Shown here: positions 21,229 to 33,004 of the stretch, piece by piece
Numbering within the stretch: position 1 is the stretch's first letter
How the letters are laid out: every line of letters starts with the position of its first letter
Source: a virus
Taxonomy: Duplodnaviria > Caudoviricetes
Length of the DNA: 64,000 nucleotides
Virus record (IMG/VR): IMGVR_UViG_2617270876_000003
Coordinates: 1-64,000 of that record
Strand: one strand, 5' to 3'
The notes under the pieces: generated by a model
Seen by the model: the letters and a program-made list of their open reading frames with translations, nothing else
The model's database searches: none
Told to the model about the DNA's origin: nothing
Made by a program: the position numbers and the translations under genes

Positions 21229-21735
21229 TTATTTATAAAGTTGATTAAGCAATATCTTTTTGTACTGTTTCAAACTTTCTTGAATATCTATAACCTCTTG
21301 ATTTGTTGAACCAGCCCAATGATAGTTTACATCAGAAAGTTTTTGAATAAATTTTCCGTCTACAAGAACATCGATAAATTGTAAAATATCAGGATAATTT
21401 TTTTGTATCCACTCATACTTGTACCCACTATAGAGCCATATTGTTTTGTTTGGATATTTTGCTTTAATTTCTTTTGATAGGTTCACCACTTCTTCAATAT
21501 TGTTTTGATGAAGTGGATCACCTCCTGACCAAGTGATTCCATCAATATACTCTTTGTTAAGGCACTCAAAAATTTTGTTTTTTGCTGTCTCGTCAAATAA
21601 AATACCACTACAAGGATTCCATGTCTGCTTATTGTGGCATAGGTGACACATATGTTCGCACCCCGATAAGAAGACAACAACTCTCAATCCCGATCCATTA
21701 TTCATATCATCCGTTTTAATATCGTGATAATTCGT
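21229..21735 (-). CDS. nrdG: Anaerobic ribonucleotide reductase activase; conserved N-terminus begins at an ACG codon
   Basis: GCEHMCHLCHN radical-SAM motif, SGGDPL, DVLVDG, GSTNQ; upstream in-frame NYHDIKTDDMNNG. Confidence 0.92.
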   Translation of the reverse strand, partial: TNYHDIKTDDMNNGSGLRVVVFLSGCEHMCHLCHNKQTWNPCSGILFDETAKNKIFECLNKEYIDGITWSGGDPLHQNNIEEVVNLSKEIKAKYPNKTIWLYSGYKYEWIQKNYPDILQFIDVLVDGKFIQKLSDVNYHWAGSTNQEVIDIQESLKQYKKILLNQLYK

Positions 21736-22361
21736 TATTGTTCACTCCTTTTTGGTGTATTAATTAATTTGAACAGTTTTTCTTTAATATAAAAAGGAAC
21801 TTCGCTCTTATATTTGTTATATAGTACAGTCATGAACTCTCTATCGTTTCGTTTGCTGTTTAACGCCGCGTTTAATTCTTTGGGAAGAAAACAGCATGTG
21901 CTTGGAGAATACGTTTTGTTTCCTTCTACCAGCAAATCTTTATCTAGCTCTAACTTATAACTACATGGATAAATTTTCTTGTCATACCATTTGGCAAAGT
22001 TCTGATAATTGTGAAATTCATCAGACACCGTACATCCAATATAACGCGGGTTATCCTTTTGATAATTTACGTCATAACACCTGTTAAACATGCTAAACCA
22101 TTTGATGTATTGTGGTGTTTTTATGTTATTTACTCTTGCCGAATAACTGCCACAACCATAGTATCCAACCCCATAAACACTTTTGTGAAAAGGATTTTTA
22201 ATTTCACCATTGCTTACGTTTTGTGCAGTTACCCACACTAGATAATCAGGAACATCAACAAATTTGATCAGCACGGTGTGTCTGTTAATGTAATCAACTA
22301 TCTGTATTTCATAGCCTTCATTTGTAAAATGTTTTTCGCCAACTCTGTTGTTTATTTTCAT
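21735..22361 (-). CDS. Free-standing putative homing endonuclease (HNH/His-Me-type)
   Basis: W.SMFNRCY, YIGCTV, LDKD, YSPSTCCFLP..N, typical of phage HNH-like homing endonucleases; ATG 2 nt after the nrdD stop. Confidence 0.75.
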   Translation of the reverse strand: MKINNRVGEKHFTNEGYEIQIVDYINRHTVLIKFVDVPDYLVWVTAQNVSNGEIKNPFHKSVYGVGYYGCGSYSARVNNIKTPQYIKWFSMFNRCYDVNYQKDNPRYIGCTVSDEFHNYQNFAKWYDKKIYPCSYKLELDKDLLVEGNKTYSPSTCCFLPKELNAALNSKRNDREFMTVLYNKYKSEVPFYIKEKLFKLINTPKRSEQ

Positions 22362-22362
22362 T

Positions 22363-22445
22363 CTACATAGACTTCCGCTCTGATATTTCAATTACTTTTG
22401 CGTCATTGTATCTAGTCTTTCCGTGAATCTTTGTGTAACCCAAAT
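22363..22445 (-). CDS. nrdD: nrdD exon 2
   Basis: Splicing restores RMNG-Y-LGYTKIHGKTRYNDAKVIEISERKSM*, the glycyl-radical C-terminus. Confidence 0.9.
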
Positions 22446-22720
22446 CATTTATACCCCATCTTTCGATGTATTTAAAAAGGGATTAGACTATACAATCAAG
22501 TTGGATTATAGTCGTTGAACGTCCTCCATCAGCGTTACCCGTTAAGGAGTTTCGATGCGTCTGAGGAACTTCCATCCTCGGTTGCCCAATCCTAAGAATT
22601 TTTATGGTTTGTGCTTTCGCGTACCGCATTCACATTTACCGTTTCCAGTTCTGTTGTAGCTTCTTAGGCTCTAAGGGGTTTCCCGCAGTTTAACCAATTT
22701 TACATGGGCTGTTTTGGTTA
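22446..22720 (-). ncRNA. ORF-less group I intron (275 nt) in nrdD
   Basis: Exon 1 ends in U with P1 AUGGGU/GCCCAU (U.G wobble); P10 CCAAA/UUUGG; P7 GACUA/UAGUC; terminal G; removal restores the frame. Confidence 0.92.
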
Positions 22721-24776
22721 ACCCATTCATCCGATCAATCTTTGTTACAAGTTCACTTCCGCATTTGGGACACACGTCCATATCAAGTTGTTCATGTCCA
22801 CATTCTTCGCAGTACGATAAACTCAGATTTAAACCTTCATAAAAACCCATCTTCATAGCTCTTCTAACCAGTGTTTTTTGAGCTAATTTATTATAAGCAA
22901 TAGGGTATTTACAATACTGAATTTTGCCGCCGTTGAACAGATCCCAGAATTGCTTTTCATAATCCTGTTTTTGGATTGGAGTAATATCTTCCCATACACC
23001 ACAATGAAATGAATTGCTTACATATGCTCGGTCAGATACTCCTTCAATGATTCCATATTTTTTTCTGAACTGTTCTACTTGTAGACCAGCGAGTGATTCT
23101 CCCGGTGTGGCGTAGATTGCATACAATATCTTGTCTTCTTCTTTGAACTGTTCTATCTTTTTGTTTATGTATTGCATTACCTCTAAAGCGAAACCATTAT
23201 CTTCTACAAGCGTTTTTTTGTTGTAAAGATATTGCAATTCATTTAGAGCTGTAATACCAAAACTCATAGTCATTGGTTTTAGCAGCGACTTAATTTTGTC
23301 ATCTGGTTTAAGATTCCCATTTAAGAATCCGCCTTGACAAAATCCAAGTGGATTGGTTGATGCTTTCTTTTCACCAAGAAAATCGCGCGTCTTAATGTGT
23401 AGTTGACGAATCAATTCAAGGTAATAGTCCAACAATTCATAAAAATCTTTGTTTTCATGTCTTGCTTTAGCCAAAATCATTGGGAGATGAAGCGAAATTG
23501 CTCCGAGATTATGACGGCCTTCAAATACAGGTACGTCATTTTCATCTAATGGATGCATCCCCCCACGCTCAAACCAAGGAGATAAACTGGCCCTGCACCC
23601 CATTAGCGAAATCACTTTGCCATACTTTTTATAAATACTCGGGATATACCCATCTCCCGAAAGTGAGAGAAAATCTGGATACATGGACTTACTTGAACAA
23701 TCAATTGCAATATCAAACAGATATTCAAGTTGCTTTCCTTCCCCATGTAGATTTTCATCATATAAGAATGTCAGTTTGGGAAACAATACAGGTTTTTTGA
23801 GGCCCGTTTTACCCTGTCCACCCATTCTAACTTTAAGAATAGCTTCAGTTACCATTTGCTCAAATTTACTTGTACCTACACCAAAACTTGTTGCTATGAA
23901 CGGATAATCTCCTCGTGAACTTCCAACTGTGTTGAAACGATACTCCCAAGATTGAAAACCCTGTTCCATATCACGATATACCTTTTTAGTTGCGTAATCG
24001 TCAGCCTTTAATTCTTTGTCTTTAATATCAACAAACGAAACAATATCAAGATATTCCTCATAATATTTTTCATATGACAATTTAGCATACTTAGTCAATA
24101 CTGTATCAATTCTTGGAAGCGTAAATCCTCCATATTGTTGACTGGCTGCACTCATCGCTACATCACTAATTACGTCAAACGCAACATCCAACGTTTTTGG
24201 TTCATTATACCAAACATTTCCCATTTCAAATCCACCGTTTAATACATTGGAAATATCAAATAGACAACAGTTGATACTGTCTAGTCTTGCACTTCTATCA
24301 TGTATATATATGTATCCATCTTTTGCAGCCTGTCGTTCTTCTACATTTAAGAAAAACTTTTTATAAAGTTCACTATTCAATTCATTGTAAATTAAGCTTC
24401 TTTGTGTACTAACTAATGCGCTATCTGTATTGGCATTACTAGTATCGCCTATATATCGAATCGACTGGCTTTTTTGATATACTTTGTCTAACATGTGTAC
24501 AAAATCTTTTTTATAATTTCTGTAATCACGATATGATTTTGCAATTGCTGGATGAAACTCATCTAATGATGATTCTACGATATTATGCATTTCACAAATG
24601 TCGATCTCGGATGTATCATGCTCTACGATTTTCTCCCAAACCATGCTACATATTTCTGCATAATCGTTATCTGATAAATTTATCATCACACGCCGAGAAG
24701 ATTTATTTACAGCATTAATAATTTTTTGTTCATTATAATCTTCCAGTGTTCCGTCTTTTTTGGTGATCTTAATCAA
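22721..24776 (-). CDS. nrdD: Class III anaerobic ribonucleotide reductase, exon 1 (ATP cone); probable TTG start at 24776
   Basis: IKITKKDG ATP cone, NCCL, QYGG, FPKL, MGCR, YATPGESL, CEECG..CPKCGS, DRMNG. Confidence 0.95.
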
Positions 24777-25036
24777 CGTATGTGTCGTCTCCTTTAGATA
24801 AATCAATTTCGTCATTTATATCGCATTCTTTAACTTGATCCCAAAGTAGCCCTCCGTCTTCGTCGTCTCCTCTCTTCATAAGGTGACAATATCCATTCTC
24901 TTGGTATGGTTTGGATTCATCAATATCCCAAAAAGGACATTTCTTTTCACTATAGCAATACATACCTTTTGGAATGTGTTGTTCAGGATTAATGAAGTAT
25001 TTAGGGTCAACAGTTTTCATATTCCATCTCCTTTAC

Positions 25037-25447
25037 TTACTCGTTTCTTGCTATTGCTGCATTCGCCCAAAACACACTTTGTTCAAGATTGGTCATCGCC
25101 AATGATTTCTCTCTGCTGCTTGGGGCCAATTCGTCAATTAAATATGCGAATTCTTTTGCCTTTTCTCTGATTTGCTGATATTTTTCCGATTGTCCCACTT
25201 TTGGAGGATGATAGGAGAAATTATTTTCGATGGCAATATTAAACTTTTTCTTTTCAAAAAAAGCAATATTGTCAACAGTATAAACCAACGAATATGTATA
25301 ATCATTGTGTAAAATCTCAAATCCACCATAATCAGGTACAAAATCCGTTTCGCCAATAGACTCAAATGTTTTGTAGTCAATACACTTAATCAATAAATCC
25401 ACTCCTTTATTAAAGTGTTGATGAAAGACTTGTTTTATAGATTCCAT
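25037..25447 (-). CDS. Protein with a C-terminal Acb2/Tad1-like helical hairpin (candidate nucleotide-signal sponge)
   Basis: NNFSYHPP...IREKAKEFA.LI..APSSREKSLAMTNLEQSVFWANAAIAR; recalled family resemblance. Confidence 0.65.
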   Translation of the reverse strand: MESIKQVFHQHFNKGVDLLIKCIDYKTFESIGETDFVPDYGGFEILHNDYTYSLVYTVDNIAFFEKKKFNIAIENNFSYHPPKVGQSEKYQQIREKAKEFAYLIDELAPSSREKSLAMTNLEQSVFWANAAIARNE

Positions 25448-25566
25448 TTTCCCCGATGAAAAGGATAAGATATTGTCCACGCAATACCAATTGCTAAAAC
25501 CCATAGGGAGAACAATACTTCTTCATACCATTTGCCATTCCAGCCAAACATAACTTCCTCCCCCTA

Positions 25567-26022
25567 TTACTTCATGATTCGTAGCTTGTACAAATCACCT
25601 TGTTCATTATATGTATTGATATAGAAACGATACACGTATCTTGCTGACTCTCCAACATAACTGTGTTCAAATGTCTGACCGCTCTCTAGTTTTGCGTCGG
25701 GAATTTCATAAAATACATCGTGTGTCTCACATTTTTGATCATCAACCATCGTTGATTTAGCAATGATTTTGCATTTCTTTGTGTTGTTTTTATTTACAAC
25801 GAAAGTTGACTGATCTTCATCAAAGAAAGAATCGTAGTCGCTCTTCTTGTTCATTTCGGTTTTGTGTGCAAAAGCAAGGAAATCTTCACCGACTAATTGG
25901 CTTCCAACAACAAGTTTATTATCTTCAATTTTAGAATACTTGCTATAGTCTACATGTGCAGCAAACTTACCGTTTTCATCAAAAATAAACAATTCAAGAC
26001 CATCTCTACAAGCTAAGTTCAT
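25567..26022 (-). CDS. Hypothetical beta-rich protein, possibly tail-tube-like
   Basis: 151-aa ORF with RBS; weak recalled resemblance only. Confidence 0.5.
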   Translation of the reverse strand: MNLACRDGLELFIFDENGKFAAHVDYSKYSKIEDNKLVVGSQLVGEDFLAFAHKTEMNKKSDYDSFFDEDQSTFVVNKNNTKKCKIIAKSTMVDDQKCETHDVFYEIPDAKLESGQTFEHSYVGESARYVYRFYINTYNEQGDLYKLRIMK

Positions 26023-26572
26023 TTATATTCTCCTATATATGTATTTTTACTTATTTAAATTGTTATGGAATACTCTAACGTCAAACTCTCTCCAAGCTTC
26101 ATACCAACTTTTTTCATCGAGAGCATCAAACTTCTTAAATTCTTTTGCCCCAATAAATTCCTTCAATTTCTTCTTAACAAATGAATCTTCATGTAACAGA
26201 TATTCTTCTTCTAGTCCAACCACATTTTTAAAGCATTCGTACAATGCATCACTTAAACTTATGTATGTTCTCATTTTTCGATTTTCTTAACACCCCCATA
26301 TTCTCCAACTTCATATCCCTCTGGCAAGGGAACAATATCCCACCTACCAAGAATATTTTGGATACTTTCTCCCAAACTTTTCCCTAAAATTTCACCATCG
26401 AACCAATGTACAGAGCCACCGAACATTGAATATTCAAGTGTTCCATATGTACCATCTTTTTTATTCTTCAAAATAGTTTTTGTCAAAACATCACCTCCCC
26501 TAATTTATAATTATAATATTATTAACTTTTATGGATTAAGTCAATATATAGATGATTATTTATTTTTATCTT

Positions 26573-26791
26573 TTACTCTTTAATGTATTTTACATTACTC
26601 ATGTCCCTCATAGCAAAAATACGAGTAGCATGTTTATCAAGATCATGAGCTTCCATCAACCATTGTGTTTCAGGATGATATTCTGTACTCCCATGATAAA
26701 TTGACATATATACGGCTCTACGTGTACCAGATTCACCTTTCCAATTTGTATAGCTGAATTTGATTGCTTGACCTTCTAGAATGTTTAGCAT
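26573..26791 (-). CDS. Stand-alone WYL-domain protein
   Basis: FSYTNWKGE..TRR, QWLMEAHDLDK.ATRIFAM. Confidence 0.8.
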   Translation of the reverse strand: MLNILEGQAIKFSYTNWKGESGTRRAVYMSIYHGSTEYHPETQWLMEAHDLDKHATRIFAMRDMSNVKYIKE

Positions 26792-26851
26792 TACTCATCT
26801 CCTTTATGATATAATAGTAGTCAACATATTGTGCTGACTGGGTGTGAATTT

Positions 26852-27058
26852 ATGTATATAAAATGTGTTCTTGGTAAAATTATGAAACAAAAAAATCTAA
26901 CAAATAAAGATGTAGTTGAGTTGACTGGAGTAAGTAGAAACACCGTTACATCTCTATCCGCCAACGCTACAAAACGTATTGACTATGACACATTAACAGC
27001 TTTATGTATTGGTTTGGGTGTTACTCCCGGAAAATTGTTAGTTCTAAGTGATGATTAA
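26852..27058 (+). CDS. Xre/Cro-family HTH regulator
   Basis: DVVELTGVSRNTVTSL..IDYDTL..LC..LGVTPGKLL. Confidence 0.88.
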   Translation: MYIKCVLGKIMKQKNLTNKDVVELTGVSRNTVTSLSANATKRIDYDTLTALCIGLGVTPGKLLVLSDD

Positions 27059-29256
27059 TTATTGTAAAAGGTACATTTCATTAATTTTGTCTATCAATTA
27101 GGTAGCCTTTAATTTCAATGGTGAGTCTACCCGAAAGTGTTGTCATTCTTAACTTAATAACATGACCTTCAGAAAAAACCTGAAATACGGGATATATATT
27201 ATTAGCGTTGAATACTTTTAAAGCCAGGTGCTCAGAACTTTCTTGTTTGTTTATTAGAAAATCAGAAGATGCTTTAATGTATTGTGAATCTTCATGGTCA
27301 CAAATCTCTGGTCCACAACCGTATGTAAAATGAATCAAGTGGGGTTCTCCACCAAGTTTTTCTCTAACCGCATTATTAAATGCTTTTACATCCATGAACT
27401 CTAGCATCTTAGTTATCTCCAATATTCTAACCCCTTTTCTTCTTATCAAATGTGCATTTTAAATGAATTATTCGTCAAATGTTTTCTAATGACTTAGACA
27501 CTCCTCCCAAATAAAGTTTTAGAAAAAAATGATGAATCGAAATAAATAATGTGCATTTTTTGTCCTGTATGTGCATATATAAATAATGCATAATCATCAT
27601 CCTTAAAGACCTTTCCATCCGGAGTGGAGGGGTCTTTTTTCTGCATACTTTAGCATGCCTATAATAACGATTTGTGACCCTATGGTTTCGGTTCATCATA
27701 CAATGAAGTACGCAGCACATACCTGTGATCATTGTCTAGAGACGCTATTCCGATAATCTCTTTTCAAATTAATTCATTCGCCAAACTATTGATAAACTTT
27801 GACTTTCATTCACCAATTTCAATTAGTCCGCTATCCTCTAAATTTGACTCCAATACTCCTAAATATTGAGCATCATCACCAAGTAATAAATTAGCTTTTA
27901 CTGCAATGAGATAGTTTGCTAATCTTTCCTTATTGTCTTTTGATATACCATATTCTTCTTCAATGTCACAGCAATGCTTAACTATTAATTTTAGTTCATT
28001 TTTGGTGAATATGTTCATATTTAATAATCATCCCTTCTCATAAAATGCGGCTCCATTTAAAATCTTAGTTTCCAGTATTTCTTAATCATTTTATCTCTTA
28101 ATTCTTGATTTACTTCTACTTTCGCAAAACGCCTTTCTTCAGAAGTATCACCCCAGTTAAGTACTCCAAATTCATCGATAATAATTTTTTCTCTCTCCAA
28201 AACTTTGAGTAGAGCAGCCTTGAGAATTTTTCCATCGCCATAGATATCAAATATGATTTGTTGTGGTCTGTGACGTTCAACTTCAATCGGAATTACATTA
28301 AGTGCTTCATCTAACCAGCCTTTAATAGTTTTTGGCATTAGATATTCACCTGTAGTTAAGTTAATCCGTTGAATGACTGTCTTATCTGGGTGTTTTTCTA
28401 TACCAATAATCCAGAGCATTAGCAATTCTCCTTAATTTCATTATTAATCTCTTCGAGCTTCTTATTGTAATATTCGATTCTACTTATTTTTGCTTTTTCA
28501 AACTTTTTCAAATTCTCTTTGCATTGCTTCTTATAATGCTTACGACACTCTTCCTCCGAATAGAAGATGTTGAGTGACACTCCGGTATAAGCACGATATC
28601 CTGTGTTATCATATGGCCCGATAACTGTGCTAGATGGTTTACCATTTTCTTTAATTTCTCTGAAGTGGAACTCAGAATAAAAGACTTTTTTATTTTTAGG
28701 GAGATCCTTATTGCTCCAGACTACAACCTTTTTGGGCTTGACATGGCGAATCGGCTTGTTATCAATGTCATTAAAACGATAATCACATATCCATACTTCT
28801 TCATCAATTACTACTTTATCCTTGTAATCTTTATGCAACAATTAATTGCCCTCCCCAATTAAGACAATAATTTCTTTATATTGCTCAGTATTTTTAGAAA
28901 TCCAATCCTCTGAAAATGAACCGCATTTCTTTTCATTGAATAACCTTTTCAAGTCTCGATTTAACTCTTTAAAGTTACTCAGACCAGCCATTAACACTAA
29001 AACAGGATACAGTAAAATGTTTAGAGTAATTAGTCTTTTGCTACTAAATTCTTGCATGATAACTCTGTCATCATTTAGGTAGTATTCGTATCGATTCTTC
29101 CAATTTTTCTTTCTTCTTTTAATAATTGAGTTATGTTGATTCTTTGTAAGATAAATTTGTTTGTACCCTATATCTAATAAGTTGTCGTACTTATATATGT
29201 ATCTATCTTCTTCTTCTTTCAAACAACTTCTCTCCTTTCTCTGTAAAATACGCCTT

Positions 29257-29892
29257 TTATCCAAAGTCTACTATGTGTAACTCGTAATTTCCAAAGATTT
29301 TAGGTTCTAATTCATCAATCGTATATGTATTTTTATTTCCAAGTACAATTACATCTGAAGTAATGCTATCTGGTAGTGTTTCTTGACTATCGGTTTCATA
29401 TACTTCTAGCCCATTTATGTGAGCCGCAATATAACTTTTCCCTCTGTTTGAGGAACCCTTAAACACCCAAACAGGTCTCTTATCTTTATGTCTTATTGTT
29501 TGAATGAATAAGTCCATATCCACGCTATAGCCTCCGTTCGGATAATATCCGTCTCCGCCATCATAGTAGACACTGAATACATCATTTTCTACATCGTCGT
29601 AATCTTTTTCAGGTAACAAGTCTGGAACAGTGATTGGTGCTTTTAGTTTGAATGTGTATCCATCAAACCTTTCTACCTCTTCTATTTCAATGCGTCCCCA
29701 AGAAGCCGCGCACCATCCAGATCCACATTCTCCCTCTTCCTCCCAAAGCTTAATTTTCACTTTTCTGTTGTCACTAAGTATTCCAAAAATAATGTGACGC
29801 TCTAATTCAACATCCGTATATTCAAAATCGCAGTTATGTCCACTTACTGTCTGCCCTATATATTTTTCGATTTTCATTCCAATAATTTTCAT
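29257..29892 (-). CDS. Conserved phage-type protein with a C-terminal P-loop-like motif
   Basis: GSSNRGKS near the C-terminus. Confidence 0.6.
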   Translation of the reverse strand: MKIIGMKIEKYIGQTVSGHNCDFEYTDVELERHIIFGILSDNRKVKIKLWEEEGECGSGWCAASWGRIEIEEVERFDGYTFKLKAPITVPDLLPEKDYDDVENDVFSVYYDGGDGYYPNGGYSVDMDLFIQTIRHKDKRPVWVFKGSSNRGKSYIAAHINGLEVYETDSQETLPDSITSDVIVLGNKNTYTIDELEPKIFGNYELHIVDFG

Positions 29893-31947
29893 TCAATTTC
29901 TCCTTTTCTCTATGAAATCTCACATTTACATAAACTTACTCATAAACACCATTTTCCTCTAGCTTATCTAGTTCTTTATTAATATCTGCAATTTTATCTT
30001 CTATGTAACAAATATCTGCACCAATGACACGTTGACGATCTTGTAGTTCTTGTCTTTGATAAATAAAATCGCCAAGTTGAGTAATTAAATTTTCGTATTC
30101 AGTCATTCTTTACTCTCCTTTTTCTTAATCAAATATATCTTTCGTTAAGTTATTTTCGTATAAACCTTTTATATTTACCACTTCCACTAATAAGTGTTGC
30201 AAAGATAACTCCTACATAGAATACGATCCAACCAACAGGGCCAGCAAAAATGATTTTGCAAATATTAATAGCCAAATCATAAGCGTCAATATCTGATGAT
30301 TTTAATACTTCAATCAATCCAACAATTCCACCAATGAACATTTCCCAAAGTCCAATGTAGACTCCAAGAATTGCACCAACAATACAAATAAAAAATGCAG
30401 CTATGCTCTTCATTATTATTTATTCTCTCCTTTAATTTCAGAGTTTGTGTTTGGAGAATATTTCAGATATCCGCCAATAACAGCAAGTGTTCCACAGATA
30501 ATCGGTAATTGCGATGATTTAAAATAGTCCACATTAAACAATAAATTAAAACCATTAGCTATGTATCCACCATAGACCCACTCAAGAAATCTTCCTCCTA
30601 ACCAGCCAAATGAATATGTCATAACTGGTGCTAGAAAGAGTAAGATACCCATCTTAACAATGTTTCCAATTGCTTTTGAAAACCAATCAATATTGTTATT
30701 TTTGTTCATTTAAATCTCCTTTTTATTTTAATATGTAACTCTTAAATTCCAATTTTTATCTTTGTCCAATATGTATTTATTCTTATACTCATCACTCAAC
30801 TTCAGATTTTTCTCTGCTTCTAGTCTAATAATCTCATCGTTAATCTTATGTCTTTGTTTGCGTAGCTCATCGAGACGATTATTGATATCTGTTAAACTTC
30901 TGTTAAACATTTTTTATTCCTCCTGTATTTATTCATTAATTCTAAAAAATCTATCAAAATCGATATAGTTTAGTATTCCCATAATTCCAAGTATAAGATT
31001 TATGGGTGGAATTATCATTGCAAAGATTAATTCTCCACCAGCTTCAAGAACGTCATCCATGATTGACTTTCGAATGCCGACACAACCAATTGCAACTGAT
31101 AATAGATATCCAACGACAATGCAAACTATGATCATAAACATTCTCCTTTCTATTGGGATAAAAGCATTAGTTTATGAGCTTTTTACTGGTTTAACTTCAA
31201 AAATGTCTCTGTCTTTAAGTTGATCATAGTCGCAAAGATTGCTCTTAATCCAATCCAAGAATTTATGATCCACCTTGTCAAACTCTACGATATCAATGTC
31301 CATATAATCATAATCATCATCAATCGTTCTTGATGTTTCGCCTTTACTAATCATGTCTTCATATACTTCTTGAGCATTAAACCTTTTATCAAACGACAGT
31401 GCTGAATAATCATCGCCTCTTACATAGAGAAAAACGCTTTTTTCATTAGAATTATTTAGATAATTTGGCATATCTCACTCTCCCACTTTTGTATTATTTA
31501 AATATTCTTTTCATCTAACAATCCAACATCGTAAGCAGCCTTTGCAGTTTTATGGTCAACAAGAACCCCATTGATTGTATTGGCATAAGGTGAAATCTTC
31601 CCACTTTTTGGTTCATACCAATTAGTCTCAATTTCTATGTCGCTAAACATTTCTCTATTCTTGATTTCTCCTGGCCCGGCATAAAATCCGTTTTCATCTT
31701 TTTTATCTTCGTATTGAAGTTCAGGGCCAATTTCACTTGCCCCACACTTTGTGCAATGGTATGGGCCACATTGAACCATGCCAACACCGACATCTACGAA
31801 GTCTGCATGACAAGGCGCTGCACAATACGGACACGGTTCAGGATTATTATAATTAAAGTAATTACTACTCACCGTTTTACCTCCTTCATTCTGTTATGAT
31901 AAAACCACTATTTCATGAAGAAATATGGTCTAAAAAAGCCTTTAAAA

Positions 31948-32280
31948 TCAACGTTTTTTGATTGACTCATTCTCTAATTCTTTGAAATATGCTCCAGACC
32001 AACACTTTCGACATAGTGATTTACTTGTAAGTGCTTTTGGAAAAGGGAATACTCTACCCTCTTTGTAAATATCTCTTGTTTTTGTCTTACATTCATCACA
32101 CTGATGATAAATAATTTTCTCTGCGCTATATGTGGGTTCAAATTCTACAGTTATTTCGAATTCTTTTTCGCACTCTTGACATGTCCAGTCCAATTTATTA
32201 TCACTTGATAAACCGTCACATAGGGCATCTGTCATATCATTTTCATATTCGCAATACGGACATTCTACTGTATCGTAAAT
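31948..32280 (-). CDS. Multi-zinc-finger protein; probable ATT start at 32280
   Basis: Four CxxC pairs once extended upstream (CPYC, CQEC, CDEC, CRKC); RBS AAAGGAGGGG. Confidence 0.7.
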   Translation of the reverse strand: MYDTVECPYCEYENDMTDALCDGLSSDNKLDWTCQECEKEFEITVEFEPTYSAEKIIYHQCDECKTKTRDIYKEGRVFPFPKALTSKSLCRKCWSGAYFKELENESIKKR

Positions 32281-32568
32281 ATCAATCCCCTCCTTTTATT
32301 CCGAGTAAAATCCAACAAGTTTAAAATGTTCATGATCTTTGTCAATCCACTCTCTATCGGCACCGTCTGAATAGATTCCGAAATCATCTAATGCTTCCAA
32401 ATATCCTGCAATGCGGCTTCCGATACCATTATGATATTGGTCTCCTTGCAATAACACTTTCCCTTCATCTAAATCAAACAAAGCCTTTTCGTCCTCGAAT
32501 TCTTCGTTGACATAAATAACTAGGTTCATTTTTTTATCTTCTCCTTTTTAATCAAACTTGTATTTTAT

Positions 32569-32886
32569 CTATTCTTCTACTGGTTCATATGTCTGCTCGA
32601 ATATGTCTGGTTTACATGGATAGAATTCGTTGCCTACGCCTTTTATAATCCAATCGCCTACATCTGCTCTCATAGTTCCTTCGAGAGTAGGAATCTCAAT
32701 AAATGTTAATCCTTCTGGTTCGCCATTTGGCTCAGTACCAACTCGAACAAATTGATTATGTGCAGATACAAAATCAATAATCTCAAAGTCGTTGTACTCT
32801 TTGTGAATGCCGTATTTACATGGAATTTCTTTAATCACCTTGAACTGCATAGCTTCGATCACTACTGGCTTTTTTCGGAATTTCAT
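32569..32886 (-). CDS. KKPVVIEA/GDWIIKG-family phage protein (possible Acb4-like sponge), copy 1
   Basis: KKPVVIEA..TLEG.M..GDWIIKGV..EFYPCKPDIFEQTY. Confidence 0.7.
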   Translation of the reverse strand: MKFRKKPVVIEAMQFKVIKEIPCKYGIHKEYNDFEIIDFVSAHNQFVRVGTEPNGEPEGLTFIEIPTLEGTMRADVGDWIIKGVGNEFYPCKPDIFEQTYEPVEE

Positions 32887-33004
32887 TATAAACCTCCTAT
32901 TATTTTATCTTTATAAAACAGTTCTTTCATGAGGAATTTACCGTCAAAAAACCCTTTATTCATGCGGTTTTTAGACATAGCCTTTGCAAAATATGATGTT
33001 TTAC

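Noticed and set aside
22671-22720. NrdD C-terminus LTKTAHVKLVKLRETP in the ORF track
   Set aside because: Translation of intron sequence; the true end is exon 2.
28057-28425. Terminase nuclease-like motif (IIFDIYGDG)
   Set aside because: Too short and weak to call without a profile search.
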